A stretch of DNA of 64,000 nt. Origin: the human T2T-CHM13v2.0 reference genome, Homo sapiens. Shown in pieces: positions 45,630-60,690 of the stretch (positions are counted from its first letter, which is position 1; the number at the start of each line of letters is the position of its first letter). The DNA lies in assembly GCF_009914755.1 (NCBI RefSeq), contig NC_060937.1. The stretch is one strand, 5' to 3'. Below the pieces are notes generated by a model. It was not told where the DNA came from, searched no databases, and was given only the letters and a program-made list of their open reading frames with translations. The position numbers were made by a program, and so were the translations under genes.

Positions 45630-48600
45630 GTGTTTTCTTTATTGTACAACTCAACAACTGTAATAGATGAGTTCTTTAGCATATAGTGGTTAAAACATGG
45701 GCGAAGTGCTGGGCCCACCTGCTCGTCATGTGACCTTTGACGTATTTGTTTAACTTTGTGGACACCGGCTTCCTTATCTGTAAGCGGCAATAATATTGAT
45801 AGCAGGATTGTTGAGCAGATAAAAGTAATTATAATAAGGTAAAGCTCAAAGCATAGTGCTTGGTATATGATAAATGCCTCCAAAATGTTGGCTCTTGTTT
45901 GTAAGTGCATTTGTCACTTAAGGCTTGGGGTAAGGTGCATATAAAGGATACAAAGATGAAAAAGACAAGATTATTATTCTTGAGGAAACTGGCAAGAAAA
46001 GAGAAGGGCATAGAGATTTTAGATATGGCATAGGGGTTTTATTTAATGTAGGAAGAGATATTTGGGGGGGACTGAATTTTTGTATACCAAATAAATTTGT
46101 GCTTTACATACCTGAAAAGTAATCATTTGCTATGAATTTCTACACTGTGAAAATTCACCCTACTGAATTCCAGCTCAATAATATTATTACACCTAATATT
46201 ATGTTCAACGACAGGGAGAAAAAGGTCTCTTCCAAAATGATAGAGTGGTTTAGGAAGTTGCAAAGGATACAGAGTGAATTTATTCAGATATATAATCTGT
46301 TTTTACACGCAACATATCTAATGTAAATATTCCTGGCAAGGCATTAGCAATTTTTAAAAGGTTTTATTTATTCTTCTGCTGCCTTGATCTGTTCTCAACC
46401 ACACCCTAGAGGGACAATGAATCCTTCTAGAGGAAAGGACAGTTTGCAGAAAAAAACTAAAAACATAACAAAAAAAACCCAAGTATTTTACAATTCTCGT
46501 AACTTGTGCTTTTGCATTTCTAGTCTTTTCCCCATTGATTCTTTTTTTTTTTCAATTGGCATTTGATAGTGGTTTCCTGATAGCAAACTGAGTAGTGAAA
46601 ACTAAATAGGTTGATTTGCCCAGAACCCTGAAACAAGATACATACTTTTATTAATGCAATTTATAGGAAATTTCTTTAATAAACATTTTTTATCCAGCTA
46701 TTTCATCTGGGTATTAGATGGAATAGTCCATCTGAGTATTAGATTGTGTAGACTCTTGTGAAAACATGTGTGTTTTGAAAATTCTTCCTACTCTACTGGG
46801 AATTGCTTGTTGAACAAGAAGCCCTTTACTTCTCAGGCAGAATATTCCAGGGCAAAACCATATATTAGGTAAAGATTAGTTTCCAAGACTCTTATCCCTC
46901 TTTTATATACCTTCACCAACTTCTCCCTCTACCTCTTGCCACTTCTATAATGCCCAATTTCCACAACTAACCACAAACAGGAGGTCAGTGTTTTTCACTG
47001 TCTTTGTTCTCTTAATCCAAACTTGCTCTTCCAAATACATCTACAGATACCTTCATACTAAGGTGTGATGTTTGCCCTTTGAGGCTTATTAATACATGAT
47101 AAGAAGCCTTAGGCAAATGCATGAAGTCTAACATGTAATTTCAAACACCAACTGAACAAATAGGAATATATATTTACTGAGGAGATGGGCTACAGGGGCA
47201 TTTTTAGCTGCCTCCCAAATAAACTAGCTGTTAATCTGTGTTGCTGAAGCCAGGTACTGCCTCATACTTAAGTAGGTCTGATCTTTGTCCTAGCATCGTA
47301 GAGACCATGCTAACAAGCACAAATATCACGTTCACTTTCCAGGAGATGGAAGAGGAGATGGCCCGAAATGCCTTGCATAGCAATGATATTTATACAAGGG
47401 TCTTTGCTTTAGGTCTGATGGAGAACTTAGGAGTCAAGGTCAGTTGTTCTGAGAGAGGTAGAGGGACTGAGTCACCATACACTTGCTCCTTCACTCCAGC
47501 GCATGAAACAAAGTTACTCCTGCAGTCTTGGGGAGGAAGCACAGAGGGGCAGAGAGTGGCAGGAATGAATCCTCCGGAATTTATCCTCCTGCGGAGTAAA
47601 GTTCTTTCTCTCTATGACCAAGAGGAGGCAGGAATGATAACAAGCCCTTCCTGAAGGCTGCCTTTGTGCCAGGCTCCACACTGAGCCCCTCTGTGAGCTT
47701 CATGCATGTTACCCTGTGCACGTCTCACAACACCTGGGGAAGCAGTGTTTTTACCCCATGTGTTAAGATACATCTTCTCCAGCAAGGCATTTACAGGAAT
47801 CACTCTGCTAGCCAACTGAATAACCAATATCTAAAACCACTTCCACCTGGTCTTAGAGTGAATGATCTTTCCACCGCACTAACACTTTAAATATCAGACT
47901 TCAACCTTCTGTCAACAAAGACGAAGGCTGTAGCTCTACCAACATATTTCAGCAACAGTTTCTCTCTTAAACTCTCCATCCTAAAAATGCTCACAGTTAC
48001 AACATTCTGCCTAGTTCATTTGGTACACCTGGAGAAGAATCCATTTTCAATTTTGGTGGAAAGTCTTATTTTTTTTTTCTCCCTCATGGAGTCAAAAATG
48101 CCATCATCACGTTATTTATCATTAACTGACTGAGGCCACTCTCAATCTTCTATACATTTGCCTCAAACATGCATATCTGTGAACTGATGCCAATAGGCCA
48201 GTGACATTTTCTAAAATCTAAGGCAGAGAAAGCTTACATCCATTGCATTCTAGAGAAGGGGAACTATAAGAAATCTAATGGGGGAGCCCTTCTTTAGTTG
48301 ATAAGGTAGTGAAGAGATGCCAAACACTAGGGCCTGCGTGGAGCTTTATGGAGCAGTTAACCTTGAGACTTACCTGTATGTAAAGATAAAACTGCAACTT
48401 CTAGTTAACAGATTTATTGAGCTTTACAAATACTTTGGTTTCACTCTTTGTGCTTTTATCTACTTCTGGACTTTATTACTGTTTTCTGTCCAGCTATAGT
48501 CTTTATATACACAGACTGCCAGAGATTAAACAGTGAAAAGAAGTCAAAAGATTTCCTTTGTCATCTTGCACGTCCTTAAGGTTTTAATAGACAGGCATAC

Positions 48601-49927
48601 CTTCCACTGATTAGAAATTCACAGAAGATACCACCCCCTCCCCCACATGGATGACAAGCATTTTATGAATCACAATCCTCAGATAAGGGACAAGAAAACA
48701 TCACCAGAGTGGCTCCCCAAGGTTTTGGTGAAAAATAACTTGCCCACATTTAGCAGTTCATTACGCATACACAACATCTAAGTAAATACTTCATGTGACA
48801 CAGCCAGTATATTTGTGGATAAATACGTCACAGTTAAACATCATATAAAAGAGACTATTGTTTTGGATGTATGTGAATAATGACACAGCCACATCCGTGT
48901 AGAAGATGAAGCAAAAATAAAAATAAAAAAGGAAATGCCAACATTTTTTCAGGCCCCATCTGTGCTGAGTGATTCTAATATTACGGAATCCTTCACAAAA
49001 GACAGGAAATGACAATCTTAAAGTAAAAATACATGAATATTGGAAGCAGAAAGAAAACACCAATGAATGGTGTGAGGAGGGTGGCCTGTTCACACTTGCC
49101 CTAGCTATGAGGAAGTATTGCATAAAGTCATTCCTTCTTGCTCCTCTAGTGCTGACTGTCACAGGGGCAAGTTACCAATCCACGTGAATGCTATGACTTC
49201 AGAAAAAACATTTCTGACTAGAAAATTAAGTTTCTCATTTACAGTTCTACCTACTCAGCAAGAGCGATAGGCAACTTTTGTTTTTTTTACTGGAAGAAAA
49301 CAATTTATTTCCTGATTGCGGTGAATTCTGTATACCAGAAGCCATTGCGAGTTTCAAAATTCTTTATCATGTTTCAAAAATCCAATCCATAATCAAATAA
49401 TCAAATGAAAGCCATTTAAAATAGAGACTTATATGGGAGGTATGGTATCAATTCAGCACTTTCCTAATGTAAATCTGTCCTAAGGATTTTCTTCTGAAAG
49501 ATGTAAAAGTGTTAAAGTCAAATAAATGAAATGTGTTTTGTTTCTTTAATTAGGGTAAGACTTTGTGGATTGAAATAATGAGATAGTAATCTGGTGTTAA
49601 TCAGTGTGGTCACTGGCAGAGAGTTAGATCAGAAACTTTCGGATACAATACAGGACTTTCATACGTAGTCATAAAGTGTATAGACAGGGAAATTCCAGTG
49701 AAAGGTTACAATTTGATAAGCCTCCCACTGATAATTTTGACATGTGAATATATTTTAAATTATCAATTATTTTATTATGCTTATTTAAGGAAACAATATG
49801 TTTGTGTGGGTGCCTCTAAAATATAACTTAGTTTTCAAAAAATTTACTAGAACATCCGTTTTTAGAAATAAAAATACCACTAACTCTGTATTGCCTAAAT
49901 AATAAAGTCCAAATTCCATAATTTAGG

Positions 49928-50244
<317 letters not shown>

Positions 50245-50319
50245 TAGATCTCTGTAATCTAATTAGAAAGTACACTTCCAACTTTATTGTTTCTATTCTC
50301 CTTATTAAATCTTATCTAT

Positions 50320-50660
50320 TATTTGAATCATTTATGTAGCTGTCAAATATTTTTTGAGTGCTTAATACATGCCAGGATCTGTGGATTCGAAGATGAACAA
50401 GGCACAATTTCTACTTTCAAACAGCTCACAATCTAGCAAAGAAGATAACTACTTAGCGTCTTACAAGGGCAATATTTGTGGTGTGTTTAAGGTCCAAGAG
50501 GAAATGCTGATCACTTCTTGGCTAGATGGATGATGGATTCAGGCAGGATTTCACAGGGAAGGTAAAGATTAATTTAGAATTCACCAGGTAGACACATAGA
50601 AAAGGGTGTTCAAGGCAGGGGAACAGTATGGGCTGAGGCATAAGAGTTTGAGACAGGAAT
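50320..50660 (-). mobile_element. L2
   Basis: aaatatttttttgagtgct...gccagg...gctcacaatctag. Confidence 0.65.
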
Positions 50661-50842
50661 GTGGGTTTGTTCAAATACGGATGTTTGACTATTGCTGGAA
50701 AACAGAGAACAGGGATTTGCCATCTTCCAAATGCTGTTCATCCATTCATTCCTTTTTCATGGCTTATTCTGCTGTTTCTCCAGATCAAAGTGGACAATGT
50801 TGGTTGCTTATGGGAACCTAATGTCTTTGACAGGACCTGGGA

Positions 50843-50960
50843 CCTGATTTCTCAACCTTGGCACTACTGACACCCTGGGCAGAGGAATTCTTTGTTGTGG
50901 GAGACCGTCTTGAGCATTGCACGGTGTTTAGAAGCAGTATGGGATTCTGCTCACTTCATT
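50843..50960 (+). mobile_element. MER20 fragment
   Basis: ttctcaaccttggcactactgaca...attctttgttgtggg. Confidence 0.75.
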
Positions 50961-51579
50961 ATATTAGTATCTCAATTAAGAACTCTGATATTATACAACT
51001 TCAACCACCTGAGAAAGTAATCCCTATATGAAATTTCATAATTGTTTCCTTTAATCACAAGACTACTTCCAATTAAGTACAGAAATATTTGTGAATAAAA
51101 ATCATAGGGTTAACATCTGTGTGTAAGGAACTTATGCAGATACTTTATACACCTGAAATAACTAAGAGAACTTAGCCTGTTAGAAGCCAATCTTGTGAAT
51201 TTAATTTAAAATACGTAATTAAGCAATGATTTACGTTTTTAAAATTTTAGGTTGAAATCTTACAAAATGTACATGGAAAATTGGAACACTCAGGAGAATT
51301 TAAGAATCACCATATTTAAAATTTAATAGATTTATACAATGATTTAATTACTGGGGCTGCTTGTTGTTAATTTGTTAAAGTTCTTAAAAGAGAAAGCAAA
51401 TAGATAATATTTACAAATTCAGTTTTTAATGTTGATGGGAATCTAATTGTTATGAGCCCTTATAAACAAATATTAGATTTGCTAGATTTATAAATATAAT
51501 AATATTTGTAAGTTGAAGTAAAAGGTTAAGGAAGAACTAGACTTTGGATGTTTTACTTCAATAATTATATATTTATCTT

Positions 51580-51987
51580 TTTTTCTTGAGACAGTCTTGC
51601 TCTGTCGCCCAGGCTGGAGTGCTGAGATTACAGGCATGAGTTTCCCAAAGTGCTGGGATTACAGGCATGAGCCACCACGCCTGGCCTTTTTTTTTTTTTT
51701 CCACTTTTTAAACAGAGTCTTGCTTTATCAACCACACTGGAGTGCAGTGGCATCATCATAGCTCATCGAAGCTTCAAACCCTTGGGCTCAAGCGATCCTC
51801 CCACCTCAGTCTTCTGAGTAGCTGGGACTACAGTCACGTGCCACCACGCCCAGCTAATTTTAAAATTTGTACAGACAGGGTCTTGCTATATTCCCCAGGC
51901 TGGTCTTGAACTCTTGGCCTTAAGCAGTTCTCTTGCCTCAGCCTCCCAAAGTGCTGGGGTTACAGGCGTGAGCCACCAAGCCTGGCC
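51580..51987 (-). mobile_element. AluJ (51687-51987) with an internally deleted Alu (51580-51686) in its tail
   Basis: A single TSD, tatatttatctt (51568-51579, 51989-52000), flanks both elements. Confidence 0.9.
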
Positions 51988-52134
51988 TTATATTTATCTT
52001 AAAAAGAAGACAAAAAAAACAAACAAAAAACAAAAAACACAACTTCCACAAAGTCTTCTTGGATGAAGGATGTAATAAAACCTTAAGGACAAAACAAAAC
52101 CCACATAGAAGGACAAGGTACTTTTAATAGGAAT

Positions 52135-52680
52135 CAAACTTGACATTACCAGTAATAGGACAAACTTGTATCATGTCTCTCCTGATGCAATCCACTAAGG
52201 AAAGCCCATCTTCTATGTCATGTTCCTGTTAAAAAATAAATGCTTAATCTGTATCTAAGCATGAGGATACAAACAAATCTAAATTGAAAAATACCTTCAA
52301 AGCAACTGGCCTGGATTATTTAAAATTGTCATTATTACGAAAGGCCACCATTGCACAAAAACTAAAAAATTAAAAGATAAACAGAGAGAATAGGAAGAAA
52401 GCGAGGGAGGCTAATGACTGTGATTCTTGTTTGGATCTAGATCCAAAAACAAAACGTCTATAAAGGACATTATTGAGACATTTTCACAACGTTGATGAGA
52501 AAAATGTCATTGTTTTTAGATGACAGATATCGAACTATTCAGGGGAGAAGTCTAAAGATGTCCACAATTTGCACATGAACAAAAATGTGTATATACAGTG
52601 CACTGTGAATCTAGCTGGTGGCTATAGGGACGTTCACTGTCCTATGTTTGAACTTTTCTGTAGGTGTTTCATTTTTCAAA
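52135..52680 (+). mobile_element. Old L1MC/ME 3' end
   Basis: ctaagcatgagga...aactggcctg...tataaaggacattattgagac...aacttttctgtagg. Confidence 0.65.
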
Positions 52681-53354
52681 AGAAAAAATAGAAAACAAAA
52701 ACCCCAACTCACATTGGACCCCACTTTTCTCCCTTATGAAGCTCATGAGTCTCAGAAGTTGACCCCGATTTTCAGCACAAGGGAACTGGCCTGGTCTAAG
52801 GGTTTTCTAGCCAAGGACTGGCTAAGGAATGTGCTTATTTCTGAATTTGGATCAACAAAATTAGAAGAGAGGTTAGCTACGGGTTTTCTTCCTGTCTCCA
52901 CTCCTGGGAGAGTTTTTGGGAGCAAGTCTCTCTCTTCCTTTTTCATGCTTGTACCCAAGTGTGAGACCTGATAATTCAGGAAGCTGCCAGAGGAAAATGG
53001 TTGACAAAATTCAGGGATGCAGAGTGGGAACCACTGAACCCATCAGTCCTGAAGAGACTGTGCTACTGTTGGCCTTCCAGTTATGGCAATCAATCAATTC
53101 CCTTATTGTTTAAGCCAGTTGAAGTACTTGCAGCCAAACACATAATCTAATCTGAGCCCCAAACTGAAGCTGCCTTCACACTCAAGTGTTATATCCCTCA
53201 TGAAGCCGACCTTAATATCTCCATTCCAAACTGTAGTTTTTATGAGGAGCTGCTTTTGTCTGGCAAAATATTTTGGTGGGACATGTAGAGAAGAAGACAA
53301 GACTATGAGGTCAGGAAGATGGACAGTAGCCTCAGTAACCATGGACAGATGGAG

Positions 53355-53767
53355 ATATTAGCCAGGGTTCTCCAGAGAAATTAAACCAACAGAGTATATG
53401 TTTACACTTACATACCGAGAGATTATTGGCTCCATGTGGCTGTGGAAGCTTGTCAAGTCCAAAATCGGATGGGGTAGGCTGACAGGCTGGAGACTCAGGG
53501 AAGAGTTGCAAGTTCAAGTCCAAGGGCAGTCTGCTGACAGAATTCCTTGTTGCCCAAGGGAGGTCAGTCTTTGTTCTGATAAGGCCTTCACCTGATTGGA
53601 TGAGGCCCACCCACATTATGGGGGGTCATCTGCTTTATTCAAAGTTCACCTATTTAAATGTTAATCTCATTCAAAAAACACCTTTACAGAAACATCCAGA
53701 ATAATGTCCAACCAAATATCTTGGCACTGTGGCCCAGTCAATATGACACATACAATTAACCATTTCA
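53355..53767 (-). mobile_element. MLT2B-like ERVL LTR
   Basis: agggttctccagagaa...gattggatgaggcccacccacattatg...aacatccagaataatg...aattaaccat. Confidence 0.88.
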
Positions 53768-56700
53768 ATAGAGGTTCTGCTCAATGTGAGATGGAGCACA
53801 CCTGGACTTGCCTTGGGAGCAGGTGGGCAGGAGGAGAGGAGAGAGACCACCCCACCGGAGGCTTTCAAAGTTTATTTTTTACATTGCGCCCTGTCACATG
53901 CATGCTAACGGACAATGAACTGAAACAAAAGCTCTTCTTCATCTTCGCTTCCTTCCTGCTTCATTCCATTCTATTTCATCCCATCTTATACCATCTCATT
54001 CCTTTCTTTAATTTTTGAAAATGCTCACTTTCATCCACTACATGGATTTCATTGCCATGAATGGGTCACAAAACTGCAGTTTGCAAACTGAATATACAAC
54101 TTACATGTGTGTTGGCACATGTGCAAATCAAAGAAGAGGCTGACAGGATGGACAACAGAGATAGCACACGTCACAACTTGAAATGATCCATAAACCAAGA
54201 GAATGAGGTGATTGTGATCAGGCAGACACCTCTGCCTCTCTTTCTCCAGTGTTGCACACACACTCAAAATTCACAGAAATCTTCCAGAGGGCATGTTATT
54301 AGGGATCTGAATATCTACATACAATGTGTATTTCAGGGGACACAGGGGCTGACTGATTACCTGTGTTACTGAGCTATTCTCTCTACCCTTAAAATTCCAT
54401 CACGTTTTAGCCAGTTCTGGTGGTGCTTATCCATTTACAGTTCATACTAGAGAAATTGTGTATGTATCTATCTACGCTAATCGGATACAATAACTTACTT
54501 TAGGTGAGGGACTATGTCTTAAGTACAAAGCTTTATGCCACACATCAATTAGCATAATCTTTTTACAGAGTAATAAGTCAAACATGTGCTTTTCCTTATT
54601 TTATGCACATAAAAATTGCTATCAGTAACCATAAGAACAGAGATTTACGAGTGGTTGAATAGAATTTAGACTTTATGTAATTTCTTAACCATTTCCTCCA
54701 TGTTTTAGATATATCAAATATAATTTGAATGCTCACTTGGATAATGCATAATATTGATACATATAATACAAAAGGGTCAATATCAGTGCTCAAATGACTG
54801 TATTCATTTATGCTGAACAAATTACAAAGAAATGGCTCCAAATCAGCCAGGAAAGGTGAAGTAGTGTACACAGGCCCTAATTCAGCAACAGAATGCATTG
54901 GCCACACTGACATAAGCTTTCAGGACCCTGGGGATGATCAATAACGTTTAACCCTCCAGGGCCACGTCTACCTCATGACCTGGCCATGGCCAAGTTTAAG
55001 AGGGCATAGCAGCCAGAGGCAGCGGCAAGGCCACCCTTGAGATGTTGGAACCAACTTGGGTCTTTGGTATAGACTGAAAGCTCTGAGGGACCAGGGTATA
55101 ACAGTAGCTCATGACACAGACCTTCTGTGCTTTGCAATCCTCTTCAAGATAATGGATTACAATCTGTGCAATACAATACTTACTGCAGCTACAATAAGAG
55201 AAAAGGGGGCTATTCTGATGACTATATGCCTATTTAAACAATTCTGGGGCTCTCCTGAGTAAATGTTTTTTAGCACATATTGCTGATGTCATCATGGCCT
55301 CATAAAACTGGGTTTCTCTCTCATACACATACACACACACAAGCACACTCTTAACATGGTGAAACTATAAAAGAAAAAAGATCATGTAAAAGTTGTTCCT
55401 GTACAAGGAAAATGTAATTTATTTCAGAAATAGACAATCACTCAAGTGTATGAGCTGTGTAGGCGTTCATTGGTGAATTTAGACTAAACAGGAAGTGATG
55501 TAAATTATAGTTATTACACTGCTGGGAGAGAAATATATTAAATCCAGACAGCACACGAACAAAGCACAAGGAGCTCATTGTGTTGAAGGAAACCACGCAC
55601 TTTGGTGGGAAGACAATGCACTATATAGTATGAAAACCCTCCATGGCCATTGGGACTAAAATAATTTTTTAGGGAGCATGATTTTGTTCTAGCACTGAAA
55701 TATTTTTTTCTTTTCTGATAAAGCCCCAAGGCATTCTAAGCTGAAGTACATTGCTGCTCCTGTACTTTTAACTATTTCGTGTGGTTTTTTTGTAGACTTC
55801 AAATTGGGGAGAATAAGAAACAATGAAACCATTAGGTTAGAAATCATGGCTATGGCAAAACGGCTAGAGTAAAGGTAAAACATGAGATAATGAATTATCT
55901 ATCACCTGTGTAATTCCAGCTATCATTGAAGTATCCAAGAATCACCCTGGTAGAGGAAATATCAACGAATAAATTACCCTGAGGGAAAAATAACATCATG
56001 TGATCTAGTCCATGAAATCTGCCTCATTGGTCTATTTGTACGACAAAGCCTCCCGGGGTGAGCTGAAAAATAAATAAAAAACAAAGCTGGAGAGCTGGTT
56101 TGGCTGCTTGTATGGCCTACAAAGAACAGTCAGAAAATCAGGCCAAAGACATAATACCTAATGTCCAATTCATTTGCTTACAAAGTCATATCCAAAATGA
56201 AGTAAATGAATGGATTCATTTTAGCCTTGCAAGTATTATTACATTTCAAAAGAGAGTAGAACAAGATAGACTTTTTATTGGCCCTTGCCTTAACTGAATA
56301 TTTCTAAAATGGCACAACTAAAATCTTTACAAGAAAATGAGTAAACATGTACTTAATGATTTATGGCCTCGATTTTCAAAGAATCTTATAATCTTCTAGA
56401 CAGTGATTTCTTCCGTAAGGCTGGTGTTGAGCTCACCCAGGAGGTGAAGCTCTCACCGAGAGGAAATGACTCCCACAAGATCCTTTCCTAGTGCTCAAAG
56501 CAGGGCCGGGTTGGGGAGCGTCAACACAGCGGTACGCTTAGCCTCCCAACTGATGGCAAAAGAGGAGGCTTCAGTGGGAATGGAGTGGGCCTGACGGCCC
56601 CATGGCTCCCTCTAGTTCCCCTGAATACAGCAGAACAATTTCACAGAACTCAGAGTTCATTTGGAAATGGGTTCGAGTCAGTGATAAAGCGAACCAAAAT

Positions 56701-57713
56701 CGATTTTCATCTCTGATTTGTATGAGTTATTAAACTACAGAGTTATTAAACTACACTCTGGTTTGCTGAGTATTAAATGAAGGATAGTATTCTGTTGGGT
56801 TTATTTATATTGGTACATATATAATCAAAGGTATTTGTTGAATGTTTTATGATAGTCATTGCTATTCTCTCTTCCACCTTAATCTCTGCGCCCCCACCTC
56901 CCATCCTTTCTCCATCTCTATAATACACTCATATCCCTTTAGTGACTAAGGACACTGATCCTGGAACCAGACTGACTGGGAAAGTCACCAACACTCAGTG
57001 CCTCACCTTTTCATTGGTAATAGAACTCAGGATTTTTGCAATGAATAAAAGGGAACAAACAGAATGCTTCGAACATTGCCTTGCATCTGGGAAGTACTTA
57101 AATATTATTTTAAAATTACTATCTATCATCTATCACCATTCTATATAATTATTAGTACTATTTGATACCATTCCCTTTGTAGAATGGAGTTTTTCTAGTT
57201 CTCTGATTAAAAGACACTAGGAAAGATACTTAAAACAGATTTTCAAGTGATTATTTGAGCAATTACTTAAAGATAATCTACTCATTAATGGTCTTATTTT
57301 CAAAAGCCTTTATAACTCAGTTTTCTTAAAAATCTACAGAAATCAGCTAACTGTAGCAGGTGTTAGATGAATCATTCCATACTTAAAGGATACGTAAAGT
57401 GGGAAGAAATTATAATCCCCAAGGATTCAATTCTGGACTCTGAAAGATGCATTTTTCATATTACTTGACATCTCTGGACTACTTTTTAATTTTATATTCA
57501 TTAAAATATTAAGCTAGCAATCCCTCCTTAGGTGCTGGCTGTTATGAAATAAAAACGTTGCTTTTTTAGAATAGACTCTATTTTGTTCCGTGTTTTAAAT
57601 TACTATACACAAATGGTAAAACTTTTCATAACAAAGGTTTAATTAGAATGGTTAATAACTATGATTTCCAAAGTGTCTGAGTCAGTTAGGGAGTTTTGTT
57701 CCATACAAAATGC

Positions 57714-57719
57714 TTTATT
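57714..57719 (-). terminator. Candidate distal polyadenylation signal AATAAA
   Basis: TTTATT on the plus strand at the edge of the repeat-poor block; alternatives at 58572 and 62327. Confidence 0.4.
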
Positions 57720-60489
57720 TAACCTTCATGCCTTCATTCAGATAATTATACAAATGCATACAGTTAAAGGTTTAAACTCTATTTCAGTTCACAGCTCAAT
57801 TCATAGGAAAGTTGAATACAGAAAAGCAATGCACCAACAGAATATGTCTGAGACACCATTAAAAACAATAACACTTGTTCATTTAAATCTCTGAGAATAG
57901 ACTGGAATAATCATCCTCTGAGAGAATCTCATTAGGAGGGTCTCCCTTTACATTATCATAGGGCAAAAAAATCACCATTTTACAGTAAAAGGAAAAAAGC
58001 TCTGAGTATATTTACAATACATACACTATACATAAATACAAGAACAACACTTACATAATATTAATAAACTTATAACAGGGTTGCCTAAACACTACAGAGT
58101 ATATAAATGCAGAGGAAACTATTGGGAAATTAGGTCTTTAGATAAACTGGAGAAATAAATTCATTTGCAATTAAAATCCTGAACAGAAAACCAAATGAAG
58201 ATTTAAGAACTCAACACATTTGCTTGCCAGCATCACTGGGGGGCTTTATCCTTTAATGTGTAGGACCTCCTCTGGGCACTCTTAACTCCCTGGGGTCAGA
58301 GACCCAAGAGTGTTTTGTAAAATTACATCCATAAAGCAAATCAGATGCAGCCCATCTATTCAATTTGCTGTTCAGAGGCTTCAAGCCTAGAATAACTGTT
58401 TTGTAAACTAAAGGATGTTTCTGTATTTTCACACGGACAGATCTCGTGATCCAATCACCACGTATAATGAGCTAAACGTCAAGGAAAAGAAAAAAGATGC
58501 CTGCTTGATTTGGCCAAAGATGATATTTTTCTTTATTCCCATGTATTTTTTTTTCAAATATGACTGAGAGATTTATTCAAAAGAACATGACGTTAGAATT
58601 GACCCCCACACACCAAGAACAACGTCTAGACTACTACTAATTATAACTAAGTCATTTTAAGTGGCAGGTGGGTATCTTAAAGGTGGTCTGTTCTCATCGT
58701 TTCACAACACAAAGTTCTGAGTACATTCTTCTATGGACAAACATGAATTTGCTGGTTTCTCTTTTTTTAAATGAGCATGTTATGATACACATAATTGCAT
58801 TATGATGCAGGATGACATAATACATAAGACGATGTTTTCAAGCTGGTTTTATAAGTACTTATCTCACATCCACAGAGAGTTGGTTTGCCATGTGATGCAA
58901 TGTGTCCCACATAGACATGAACAAAACAATACAGTCACTACCCCACAGGGGGACAGTGATTTTTCAAAATGAAGCTTTAAACACAACAAATCGTGGACAG
59001 ACACGTTGATAGGAAAGAGCCTTGAATATAGGCACCAGTGCCCCAGTTCAACAATATCCATCCAATGTAATAAAGTTTGAGGAACAAAATATACACTATA
59101 TTCTGGATGTAATTACAAAATTCTGCCATGGGAAAACTAGAACACAAGTAGGGCAAAAGCACTTTTTATGATTTTTTTTTTTGCCATATCTTTGGAGCAT
59201 GAAATTAGCAGAAAGGGAAGATGTTGGTATGTCCCTAAAATATCTTACTTTTTGATTGCTTGGACACTTTTATCACTAGATTTGGATCCAAATTCTATCC
59301 TCCTATTAACCCTTACTTCTCAACAAAAATGAATCTCTGTGAAAGTCTTGATGAACCTGCTTTGGAAGAAGATGCAATAATTCACACAAGGAGTCCATTC
59401 ATTGGTTCTCGCCTTGCACAAAGGGTGGACTCTGTCTCAAACACTTCAAATTTCTAGAGATGAAATCCAGAAAGAAAAAGTACTGAGGCGACTGTTTCCA
59501 CTATTGATCTCTTTTCAACTCACTTCAAGTTGTGGTTTTTGTTGTGGAGAAATTATTGCTTGTGAAACCCAATTAACTGAGAAGGGCCCCAGTCTGCAGC
59601 AGGTTGTGCACATGGAACACTTGCTTTGAGCATGGAAGAGAATTTGTTTATACAGCTTCTATCTCTTTCCCCAGCCAAGTAACAGGGAGAAAGATAATAA
59701 TTCAGGAGATTCATTTTCAGAAACAGAAACACTATGAGAAATGACATTCTCTTAATGTTTTCTAAGTCCATTAGTACTTCCATGAATCAATACTGTCAGA
59801 GACCTTGTTCTACACAGAAAGTGGGAGGAATTTCATTTCTCTGATGTTGGACAGCTTCTTACATAAAATTCAATTAAACTAACAACAATACTATAAACAA
59901 ATTATTTATAAGACTATTTAAAACATTCCACAACAGAGCTGTTAAGTGAGAACTCTGAAAAAGAATTATCCATTATCTCTCCTTTATCATCATCTGAACG
60001 TTTGATTGCCACCCCATTACCAACTGCAAGAGTGGGCTCTGATATTAATCACTAGTTCCATGGGGGTGAAAATTTCAAATGCATCTGAAGCAGATTCTAG
60101 AATGTCTATATTGGTGGAAAGGTATACAAAGAGTTGAGGAACTGAGAAAGTGTACTCAGGCTAAAATGCTACTAAGTATTTGGATGATTTTGGAGCTCCA
60201 GGCCAGACATTTATGAGAAAAGTGACAAGTTCGGGGAGACAACTGGTTGCTATTGTTTGTTTATAATGATCCTTCATGCATGATTTTCCGGGAAAGGCCT
60301 GATTTCAAATATTCAGTACCATTGTTAAGTCATGTGTTATATCATGTCCCGATATTTCACTTGAAAAATATGATGACTACTCATGCATGTTGTCCATAAT
60401 AAAATTACTGAGAGTCAGGAATCTGGGAAGGTGGTTTCGGGACACCCACGTGCAGTGTGGTGGAGTGGGAAAGATACAGGCAGACCTCC

Positions 60490-60690
60490 AGGTCAGAGAT
60501 AGGCGGTTTCACTTTCCTACTTTGCCGTTTACTATTTCTACATCCATGAACAACTCAGCCACACTTCCCATGTCTCCGTTTCCCATCCATAAAGTGTAGA
60601 AATGTTGTACAGGTTGCAGGTAACGTATCTAAAAATTGCCTAGTCTATTGCTTGGCACACAGTGTTTAATAAAGAATAGCTATTATCTTC
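60490..60690 (+). mobile_element. MIR
   Basis: gtttcccatccataaa...gcttggcacacagtgtttaataaa. Confidence 0.7.

Noticed and set aside
56724-56755. Exact 16-bp tandem duplication gagttattaaactaca
   Set aside because: Ordinary slippage duplication.
60286-60294. Perfect STAT site TTCCGGGAA
   Set aside because: A single 9-mer in 64 kb is compatible with chance.
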